Of a stretch of DNA of 64,000 bases, positions 39,029 through 49,566 are shown in pieces (the stretch's first letter is position 1; each line of letters opens with the position of its first letter). Below the pieces are notes generated by a model that searched no databases, had not been told where the DNA came from, and saw only the letters and a program-made list of their open reading frames with translations. The stretch comes from Centroscyllium fabricii (Eukaryota), in the NCBI GenBank assembly GCA_051313645.2, contig JBNRSN020000045.1:6324001-6388000 (forward strand), read 5' to 3'. A program made the position numbers and the translations under genes.

Positions 39029-39093
39029 GCTGTTTCACTCTCCACGGATGCTGACTGGGCTGCTGAGTATTTCCACCATTTTCTGTTGTTATT

Positions 39094-41012
39094 AAAGAAC
39101 TATAACGGATCATCCGAGACGTATGAGGGGGATGTTCCAGTTTGGATCAGAAATAGTACAAAAGATAATTTAACAAAACCTTACTTGACGGGTTGTTGTA
39201 CATTGCAGGAAAAGGTGTACAATTGGGAAATAAAAGAAGGATGTGGTGTGTGTACCAGGAGCGGAATAAGGAACAGGAGAGGCCCAAATGTGTGGAAATT
39301 CCCCAGGAAAATAATGGAATCTGGGAAAAGTTACAAAAATCAAATCAGGGATTAGAAGCTTCGGAAAGTATGGGATCTTTACAACTATGCTGACCTCGGT
39401 GGTGAAGCAAACTTTCCCGCCAGTATTCTTGTAGTTAGACAACAATTGTCATCGGCTTTAAAAATCAGGATGTTGATTGGCCTCATATTTCCAAAAATGA
39501 TGTAATGTTTACGTCAGCAGGATATGAGATTCCCGCAGACCGTATAGAGATCACGCTGACAGAACGTAAATCATGTATGATGACTTTTAAACATGACAGA
39601 AATGATAGAGATTTAGGGAATACATATAGCATTTAGCATAATGGAATTCGACAATGCAGTAACTGAATGTGTAGGGGACGATGGGCATGTCTATAGTTCT
39701 AAGCATACAGCCTATTATACAGCAAGTCAGTCAGAACCACGAGAGGGTGTACCCGAGGAACAATGTCCCCAATTGTCATCAGGTCCTGGGAGCGGTCTTG
39801 CAATTATACCCACCTATAAAGCAGTGTATCATCAAGTAATACCAGAAGTGCTCCCTGTTATACTAAATTTAACAGAGGCAATAATTCCAAAATGTTGCCC
39901 TGACAAAACAGCACAACTAACTCAGAGATGCTGCAGTAGGTTTTTAATTAGAACTGAGAAAATGCGACCTTAACTTTCAGTACAGAGGAAGCAGACATGC
40001 CTCTGATCAAGCAGCCCATAATGACGTATGCATTAGTTACGGGAATTGGCTGATTGAACAAACTTGGGAAAGCCTTCATACCATCAATCAGGGACGTCTC
40101 TCCACTTTGGTCACTAATAAATATTTAACAGGGCTATCCAATCACTGTGATGATGCAGAACCATGTAAGATCCAGAGTTTGATTAGGACCCACCCTGTCA
40201 AGCACGAATGCCACAAGGTATGGAGTCAAAGGTTGATGGGACCAATACTACACATTCCTAATCTAATGACTCGAACTGGCCCTAAAACTTTATTTAGGAT
40301 AGAGAATATATGAGCAGTACAGGGGAATAATATTGCCCGATTTCTCACGGCACTACAATGGCAAGTCCAATTAGGAAAACTAACATGGATTGAACCAAAC
40401 TTCCAGGGATGCAATAGAACCGAGGATGCCTTTGTCTATCCATACAGTTTATATGACCAATCAAAGAATAGCTGTGGATATGGTTGCAGTGAAGAAAGAT
40501 TAAACTTTACTATGGAAGTGCCAGGCCCTTCAGATATAAGAATTAGAACAGCCTAAATATGAGAACGGAGGAATTGTTTTACCACTTTAGAAAACTCATG
40601 TAGTCATGGGACACTTGAATATTCAACAGCCTATGGACACACTGTATGAGCACTGCAAAGACTACGGTAATAGGAGGAAGAATTGTCCTTGTAATAGCCT
40701 CAAATGGCCAGAAATTACCACAGGTAGAAGATAATTTTAAAATAAATCTAGAAGATTATGTCACAAGATTTGGATCTGACATCCCTGAACTACCTGAAGC
40801 ATTAACCGAGCTAATAGGTCAAGGGTGTACCACTCAACAACTTTATCATACATTGGTGCAAGGAAATAAATAAATAGCTGAGGATATTCCAGACATCTAG
40901 ATCCAGACCCAATGCTGGGATATAGGAACAAATATGGAAATTTCTCCTTGGATTAGAATAAGTTCACATGTGCTGGTCCCAACTAAAATTACTAATATGC
41001 TTACGACTATAG
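39094..41012 (+). pseudogene. Decayed env-like (class I fusion protein-like) ORF of LTR element (copy 2)
   Basis: Broken frames with N-glycosylation sequons and Cys clusters (EVLPVILNLTEAIIPKCCP; LHTINQGRLSTLV; ILHIPNL...LFRIENI; EPNFQGCNRTEDAF..P...SCGYGC) and a C-terminal hydrophobic anchor. Lies between the integrase tail and a putative LTR. Confidence 0.6.
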
Positions 41013-41219
41013 ACCTGCTAACGGAAGCACCTGATACAAAATCACGTTAAAATATGATCACGACCCAAAAAACCTCAGAGTTACACACATGAAAGGGAAC
41101 TAATCCATATGTATGAGTTTAGTTTGGAGGGGTCGGCAAACGCCTCACCCTCAATGTAGGGATTTGGAGAATAAGGTTATTTGTATGATTTAGTAAAATA
41201 ATTTTGTATATATTTAATA

Positions 41220-41908
41220 TGTGATATATATGCCAAACGCTTGTAAGCCTGAATAAAATGGAGAATGACTGAGAGAAAAGCAGAGTGGGAAAATAAGCCA
41301 AACTGAATGAAACCTGCTCTGTTTTCAGTTACTGAAGGAATGGAATGAAATGCTAAATTTCTGGGGACTATCAGGAACGTGCTATTCAGTAATATGATAG
41401 AAAATTGATAAAATAATCACCTCTCAGTGATAACATTACAAAATAGACAGATTGTTTGGACAACATCTTTGGAAATTATCTTTGGAAAGAGAATATCTAA
41501 AGACAACAGGCACTTTGATATGAACAAAATGTCCCTAGTGGACTCAACATGGTCATTAATCATGTACCAGGTTCCGGAGAGCTTTCTGCAGCCAGTGAGG
41601 CACAAGGGAAAACGTGTATAAAGTTACAGATATTGAACACTGAAGGCAGCACGAACCTTGAATCAGAGTTAAAGGAAATTCAGTTAAATAAAAGCAGCAA
41701 GAGGATAAAGAGACCGCGCCTCCTTCACTCGGAAGGAATGCCAAAGCTCAAACGAACAAGACTGTGACTCTCTCCTTGTTAATTATTACTTCTCTGTGCT
41801 GGAAGTTTAATGCTTCATAAACCTGTTTTACATATATACAATATACCTGTACCCAGAGTGATTCGTGCAGTCACTGACAGATTATTATAAGAGCTTTTGG
41901 AAGTTACA
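41220..41908 (+). mobile_element. Putative 3' LTR of env-bearing element (copy 2)
   Basis: TGT...ACA-bounded block matching 827-1516. Confidence 0.5.
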
Positions 41909-42817
41909 AGACTGAAGGCGGGGAAGTTTGGTGACAGGGGGAGTTGAATTTAGTTTGATGCTCTGGGTTAAGGGAGCCGAAAGTGGCTTTCACTAAACGG
42001 GAAGAAGTAACTTGGGGGCGGGTCAGTGAGTGAGATTGGGAGGGAGAGATGGAAAAGGACATGTGGGAGCTGGAGGAGGGTCAGGAGCTGAGGGTTTGGG
42101 AAAGCGGACAAACTGAAACAGCGGATGAGGAGACAGAGGATTCAATGCAGGGGGAGGAGAGACTGGGCTTCACAGGGAGAGACTGCAGCAGAGTGGGAGA
42201 GGAAATCTGATTCATGATCCCAGCAGCACAACTCAAACAATACATCCAACCATTAATTTATGTGGCTTTTCGTGCCAGTGAACAGCGCACTATGGACAAA
42301 ATGTCTTAAATTAATTTAATCAACACATTTAATTAAAAAAATAAACTATATTAATTAAATCAAATACGTTCTTTACTGAATTCCGCTGATCCAGAGTGCT
42401 TAAAATACAATATTCTAATAATACATTACAATCAATAAATCACTGATTTTATTCTATAACTACATTAGTCCAATCATTGAATCAGAAATGTAAACATTCA
42501 CCAAAACAGACTGAGGAACTCAACGTGATAAGATTTCACAAACTGCCAACATGATAATATCACTTTCAAATCTCATTTCCACATTATAACTGGACTGGAA
42601 GTTTCAGCAGATCATTGGAAAGGATTAGTCACAGGGCAGCCCAGCCTCTCTCGCCGTCTGTCTTAGATTTACAATGATTCTAGCAGCAAACTGACGATAT
42701 ACTATCAGGGTGAACTGTCTGGGTCCCTTTTTTTGAAAAGGTAAGTTTGATGTGTGACCTACTAGAGCGCTTCAAAATGATGAACGACTTTGAAATCGTA
42801 GAGACAGTGAGAGTGTA

Positions 42818-45133
42818 ATTCAGCAGAGGAGGACGAAGGGCTTACTTAAGGCAGGGAAAATAGAATATGAAAGGAAGCTTGCAGAGAACATTAAAACTGA
42901 CTGCAGAAGCTTCCATAGATATGCAAAGAGAAAGAGGTTAGTAAAAACAAACGTAGGTCCCCTGCAGTCAGAATCAGGGGAAGTCAAAAGGGGGAACAAA
43001 TAAATGGCAGATCAATTGAACAAGTACTTTGGTTCGGTATTTACTAATGAGGACACAAACAACCTTCCGATCATAAAAGGGGTCAGAGGGTCTAGTAGAA
43101 AGGAGGAGCTGAGGGGAATCCTTATTAGTCGGGAAAATGTGTTGGATAAATTTATGGGGCTGAGTGCTGATAAATTCCCAGGGCCTGATGGTCTGCATCC
43201 CAGAGTACTCAAAGAGGTGGACTTGGAAATAATGGATGCATTGCCGATCGTTTTCCAACATTCCATAGACTCTGGATCAGTTCCGATGGAGTGGAGGGTA
43301 GCTATTGTAATCACACTTTTAAAAAAAGGAGGGAGGGAGAAAACAGAGAATTACAGCCTGACATCGGTAGTGGGTAAAATGATGGAATCAATTATTAACG
43401 ATGTCATTGCAGTCCATTTGGAAAGTGGTGACATGATAAGTCCAAGTCATCATGGATTTGTGAAAGGGAAATCATGCTTTGCAAATCTTCTGGAATTCTT
43501 TTAGGATGTTTCCAATAGAATAGACAAGGGAGGTCCAGTGGATGTGGTGTACTTGGAATTTCAGAAGGCTTTCGACCAGATCCCACACAAGAGATTGGTG
43601 TGCAAAGTTAAAGCACATGGGATTGGGGGTAATGCATTGACGTGGATTGACAGCTGCTTGGCACACAGGAAACAAAGAGTAGGAGTAAATGGGCAGTTTT
43701 CAGAATGGCAGGCAGTGACCAGCGGGAAATTGCAAGATTCGGTGACGGAGACCCAGCTGTTTACATAATATATTAATGATTTGGACGCAGCGATTAAATA
43801 TTGTATCTCCAAATTTGTGGATAACACTAAATTGGAAGGCAGTGTGAGCTGCGAGAAGGATGCGAAGAGGCTAGAGTGATTTGGACAGGTTAGGTGAATG
43901 GACAAATATATGACAGATAGAAGTACAATGTGGATAAATGTGAGGTTATCCACTTTCGTGGTAAAAATAGAAAGACAGACTATTATCTGAATGGGGACAG
44001 ATTAGGGAAATCGGAGGTGCAACGAGACTTGGGCGTTATGGTACATCAGTCACTGAAGGTGGAAATGCAGGTACAGCAGGCAGTTAAGAAAGCAAATGGC
44101 ATGGAAACATAGAAACATAGGAGCAGCAATAGGACATTCGGCCTTTCTCCGCCATTCAATGTGATCATGGATAATCATCCAAACCCAGCACCCTATCCCT
44201 GCCTTCTCCCCATACCAGTATCGAGCATGCACCGAAATATATCCCACCCTATCCCCATAACCCCACATATTCAATTCTCTTAACAGTATGGTTCAATTTA
44301 TCATGGCCAATAAACCTAACCCACACATATTTGGACTGTGGGAGGAAACCGGTGCAGTCGGAGGAAACCCACACAAACACGGGGAGAATGTGCAAACTCC
44401 ACACAGATGGTACCCGTGGCTGGATTTGAACCCGGGTTTCTAGTACTGTGAGGCAACAGCGCTAACCACTATGCAACCGTACCGCCACATGTTGGCCTGC
44501 ATGGCGAGGGGATTTGAGTACAGGAGTAGGGAGGGTTTGCTACAGTTGTACAGGGACTTGGTGAGGCCACACTTGGAGTATTTTGTGCAGTTTTGGTCTC
44601 CTAACTTGAGGAAGGCCATTCTTGCTATTGAGGGAGTGCAGCAAAGGTTTACTAGATTGATTCCCGGGATGGCCTGACTGAAACATCAAGAAAAACTTGA
44701 TCAACTGGACTTGTATTCTCTGGAGTTCAGAAGAATGAGTGGGGATCACATAGAAACGTTTAAAATACTGACCGGTTTAGACAGGTTAGATGCGGGCGGA
44801 ATGTTTCCAATGTTGGGCAAGTCCAGAACCAGAGGGCACAGACTAAGGAAAAGGGGTAAGCCATTTAGGGCAGAGAGGAGGACAAACTACTTCACCCAGA
44901 GAGTGTTGAACCTGTGGAATTCTCTACCACAGAATGTTGTTGAGGCCAGTTCACTAAATATATTCAAAATGGAGTTAGATGTAATACTTACAACTGGGGG
45001 ATTAAGGGACATGGCGAGAAAGCAGGAATGGGGCACTGATGTAGCATGTTCAGGCATGAACTTATTGTATGGCGGTGCAGGCTCGAAGGGCCGAGTGGTC
45101 TAATCCTGCACCTATTTTCTATGTTTCTATGTA
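42818..45133 (+). mobile_element. CR1/HER1-like LINE, decayed, specific to duplication copy B
   Basis: RT motifs across broken frames and a TTTCTATG tail. The empty site in copy A at ~2420 reads AGAGTGTATATAATGG. Confidence 0.92.
44104..44487 (-). mobile_element. HE1-like SINE nested in CR1
   Basis: tRNA-like head (B-box GGTTCAAATCC), V-domain and CTATGTTT tail. CATG duplicated at 44100-44103 and 44488-44491. Confidence 0.9.
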
Positions 45134-45445
45134 TACAATGGTGGGAAGAGCTTAGTTAGAGACCACATCAATATAAGATATGCACCAAGAAATCAGGCAG
45201 GAAATTCTGGAGAAACTTCTTTACCCAGAGATTGGTGAGAATGCGGAAATCGCTATAACAGGGAATGGTTGATGTGACTTGCATTCGTGCATTTTAAGGG
45301 AGGCCAGATAAGCGTATTAGCGAGAATGGACTAGAGAGTTATGACAATAGAATTAGTTGAGGAAGGATAGGAGGGGGCTCCAGTGGAGAATAATTGCTGG
45401 GTTGGAATAGTTGGGCCGAATCTCCTTTTTCTGTGCCGTATCATA

Positions 45446-45761
45446 GAATAGAATCATAGAATCCCTACAGTGCAGATAGAGGCCATTTCGGCCCATCGAG
45501 CCTGCACCGACACATATCCCACCCTATCCCCAAAACCCCCACAAATTTAACTCCCCAAAAACTAAGGGTCAATTAAATGGCCAAACAACCTAAACCACAC
45601 ATCTTTGGACGGTGGGAGGATGGCTGGGCACCCGGAGGAAACCCACTCAGACATGGGGAGAATGTGCAAACTCCACACAGATAGTCACCCGAGGCCGGAT
45701 TTGAACCCGGGTCTCTAGTGCTGTGAGGCAACAGTGCTAACCACTATGCCACCGTGCCGCC
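45446..45761 (-). mobile_element. V-domain SINE, specific to copy B
   Basis: Head GGCGGCACGGTGGCATAGTGGTTAGCAC, B-box GGTTCAAATCC and TTCTATGA tail. Absent at the equivalent site ~2735. Confidence 0.88.
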
Positions 45762-46878
45762 CATATATCCTATGCAATGCTACCTATCTATCTTTTTCTA
45801 AGTCTCGATCTCTATTAATCCCCACTCTAGTTCTCCTTCTCTTTCCATTTCTCTAGTGCTGCGCTCTATCTCTCCGCATCATCTCCTATTTCTTGCTCAA
45901 TAGATTTGTTCATGTCATCCCAACATGCTGCGCCTGCATTATGTTCACTATTCCCCTTTTCAATGACTCTATTCTGATAATCAGTAGCTTCGTTGCTGAG
46001 GCCCCTTTGAATAGCTGTGTGTTCCTGCACATCACCCAAATCTTCAGCTGATCACCTGCATTGATCTGCAGTGCATACAATAAACAGAACCGAATATCTC
46101 TGCCAGAAACAAATGACAATAATTGAAGTTACTTCTCCTGTAATTTAAAGGTCCAGCATTAGATGGCGTGGTTGTTCAAAATCACCGCTGCTAATTATAA
46201 TCTCCATAGCAACAGAAGGGCTCCTGATTGCAACAGATACAGTGGAAACTATTGCAACATAACCTCAAAATATTTCTTTTTATGATAAATTCCAGTGTCA
46301 GCAAGTGAATCCACCCACACTGAATCAGAGAAGGAGATGTGAAGGAGTCAGCAACAACCGCAGTTCAGTCGCCAGCCTTCTGAAGCGGAGTCAGATACAC
46401 ACAGAATGAAAAGATATTTCACAACGGTGAGAACCAATCACACAATTAAATCCAAGATAAACTGAATCACGTTGCTGGGGAGGGAGGACATCGAGGCGGT
46501 GAGCTGTCTCAGTATCAATCACACAAAGCACAATTAGGAATAAAGATTAGATGACAGGTGTGTTCCACAACATAAATCTGACAACAGCTCCTGATGGTCT
46601 GATACCCGCTCTGAGCCCAGATTCCTGAGTAACCTGGTTCCAATAGATTCAGTGCAGGGAATGATCCAGTAACATTGCTACGGTTGAAACCACAAAGATC
46701 ATTACAGATATAACAATATTCCTACAAGACCACACGAGCAGAAACTGAGGACATCCCATCATTCAGCTGCTGGAACAGAACAGCCGGTTGTGGAAAACAT
46801 TCATCGAGTTAATCATTCCCAATGCAGCAGCACACTCAACACCGATTTTCACCATTGACAGTTGAGATACCCGCTTAC

Positions 46879-46948
46879 CGGTAACACCAACGGCTGCAAT
46901 AACAGGATAGTAAATCGCTTCTATTTGTAAGATGACAGGATAGCCCAT
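46879..46948 (-). CDS. Exon 1 of GPR139/GPR142-like GPCR (joins 29967-30868)
   Basis: Encodes MGYPVILQIEAIYYPVIAAVGVT+G then a GTAAG donor. G+TT gives Val in frame with exon 2 and completes TM1 (YYPVIAAVGVTVNLAAIVIL). Confidence 0.92.
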
Positions 46949-47033
46949 TTCTGTGATGAACAGCGACTTCTGTTGGAGAGGAACCAACAGCTCCGGCAGG
47001 CTCTCTGAGCTGATTCATTCCACTGGGCCCTGA

Positions 47034-47039
47034 TTTATA
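47034..47039 (-). promoter_or_regulatory. TATA box of GPCR gene
   Basis: TATAAA about 86 nt upstream of the ATG, within a block conserved between paralogs. Confidence 0.65.
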
Positions 47040-47269
47040 CAGGGGATCATCTCCCTTGTCGTTGAGAGGTTATACCTCTGAGCATTGGTGTTAGTTCCAG
47101 TCACCTAAACAAACACATTACATCATGACCTTTGACGCTGATGTAAATGATGTGTTGAATAAAGCACAAACATCTCAAAGTCAAGGACATTAATTTAATT
47201 TGACCTCACTCGGGAATGAGTCTGAAAGCTGGGCTCAGACAGGATCTTCCAACAATGTCAACTGACCCA

Positions 47270-48360
47270 ACACTCTGCTGTGTATGTCCAGCCCTCCCCA
47301 ACTCCCGCTCGCCCTTCACACTCGCCCTCACTGAGCCACAGTGTCTCTCAATCTGCCAAATCATTACATTTGAAATTCCTATCCTTGGGTTTAAATCCCT
47401 CCATGTCCCTCAGCCCCCGCCCTCTCCACCCTCTACTCCAGCCCTGCAATAAGACCCCCTTGCTATTCCAACGCCTCTGCCACAGGCCTCTTTCGCTGGG
47501 ACTGTCTTCTCTTGGTCCCAATCCTTCCGATCTGATGGTAACCAGAGCATTTCCAGCAATGGCTTCTCTTCCCACACCAGCACCGTTCACTCTAGAATCT
47601 CTGAACTTTCCATTCTTGCACCTTCCTCTTCCTCCTTTAAATGCTGCCCTGTGTGACATTATCTACAGACCTGGGGTCAGATTACACATGTCTGCTGACA
47701 ACATCCAACTCCAGCTCTCCACCATCACTCTCCACCCTCCACTACCTCTGTGTTATCAGACTGCAACAGGTCTACATGAGCTGCGATTTGCTCCAATTAA
47801 ACATTGGACAGACAGAAGCCATTACTTTAGGCCCCAACACAAACCCCATACCTGGGTCACCGACGCCATCCCCCTTGCACGCTATTATCTCACGTTGCTT
47901 ATGACGTTTGAGTCCTCTGATCCCTAGTCGTACCGGACATGACATTCCTCCCTCATACCCTTATCATCATAGCTGGCTCTTCTTCCGCCCCCATAACATC
48001 GCCAGTCTCTCCCCCTGCCTCAGCCCATCTGCCCCTTTAACGCTCCATCCGACATTTACCAGCTCCAGACCCTCCGTCCTCTCCTCCAATCCACCGCCAC
48101 CTCATTCCTCTTACTTTGCTCTCTTGGTGGGACCTCCTGTGTTTGCTTCCACGTTTAGCGCCTGATCAGAGCCAGACAATCTCCAATGGCTTCTCTCCCC
48201 CTCCCTCACCCTCCACAGCACCGTTCCCTCTGATGATTCCAAAGGATCTATCCTGGCCCTAATTTATTCCTCTTCTACATGCCTCACGTTGAAGCTTCCA
48301 ACGACAGATATGGGACCAGCTCTTACATATATGTTGATGACACCAGATTTACCTGTCTGT
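47270..48360 (+). mobile_element. Decayed L2 fragments (copy B)
   Basis: Aligns with 4170-5210. Confidence 0.65.
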
Positions 48361-48876
48361 TCCTCGCTGTCAGAAGGTGTCTCTGTCTATCTGTCTATGT
48401 ATCCGTCGAGGTTTGTTTCTCTGTTTCTGACTTTCTCTTTCTATCTATTTCTGGCTGTCTCTCTGTTTGTTTCTCTGTCTGGGTCCTTGTCTGACTCACT
48501 CTGTCTCTATCATTGTCACTCTCTCTCTTTCTCTCTCGCTCTGTCCCACTCTCTCTCTCTCTCCGTCTGTCTCTGCACCTCTCCTTCTCTGTCTATGTCT
48601 GTCTCTGGATGACTGTCTCTGTCTGGCTGTCTCTGGATTCCTGTTTTCGTGTCTCTGTCTCTTTATTTCTGACACTCTATATCTGTCTTTGTCTGTCGTG
48701 GTTGTATGTTTCCCTCTGTCTGTCTAGCACAGTCTGTCAGTATCTGTCCCTCTGTCTCCGTCTGTCTGATTTTGTCTGTCTACCACTGTCTGGTATTGTC
48801 TGTCTGTATGTCTCTGTCTAATTCTATCTGTCTTTCAATCTCGCTCTCTGGCTCTCTCCCTCTGTCTCTCTCGCTT

Positions 48877-49480
48877 TGTAAGGGTTTGTGATAGGATGCA
48901 AATGCAGAACACCGGAAGTCCGTTTTAAGAAATAAAATATCCTTTTATTTCTAAGTATCAATCTATATCTACATCTATACAAAATCTTTACTTTCATTTG
49001 TGTAACAGAAAACAAACAAGTCTATGATCCCGAGTACAGGTAAATAGTAATACACAAGTCCAAACCAGAGTCCAGGTGGTAAATAGAAACAAGGCCAGAA
49101 ACCAGGTGCCGATATTCTCCAAGTAAATCCACACTTCACGAAGAGATGAATCCTCAGTACAGAGTTCAGCAATAATCCAATACGAACAGGAACAGGTATA
49201 AATCCAATTCGACAGGAACAGGTATCAATCCAATTCGACAGGAACAGGTATAAATCCAAAATTCGACAGGAACAGGTATAGCAAAACAGAACACAGAATC
49301 AAGTGACAGGAAATAACGATCTGGCAAAGACCAAGAGCCAGCAGGAAGCTTATAACCAGTTCCAGCTCAATTGCTTGATTGGAGCTGGCCAATCCGGTGT
49401 AAGACATGATAATAGAGATAAAAGCCAATAAACAGAAAAAGAAGCATCTAGAAACTTAAAGGGACAGTCCACCCATGACA
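48877..49480 (-). repeat. 3' LTR of Gypsy element
   Basis: Direct repeat of 54026-54629. Contains about 4 tandem ~25-bp units AATCCAATTCGACAGGAACAGGTAT. Confidence 0.97.
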
Positions 49481-49566
49481 GAACCCCCACCTTAAGGGAC
49501 GACTCCTGACGTCCCCAAAAACCCCAACAGCCGGAATCGGGTGGGCGGAGGGGTGTGGGGGAGGGA

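Larger units (their letters stand above)
36949..39093. mobile_element. Short Penelope-derived element with inverted ends, split by a CR1
   Basis: 36949-37049 plus 38776-38820 is the reverse complement of 38990-39093. Same family as the termini of 28150-29195. Confidence 0.7.

Noticed and set aside
827-41908. 827-1516 and 41220-41908 as the paired LTRs of one 41-kb provirus
   Set aside because: Both are preceded by the same env end and followed by the same flank, so they are duplicate copies of one 3' end.
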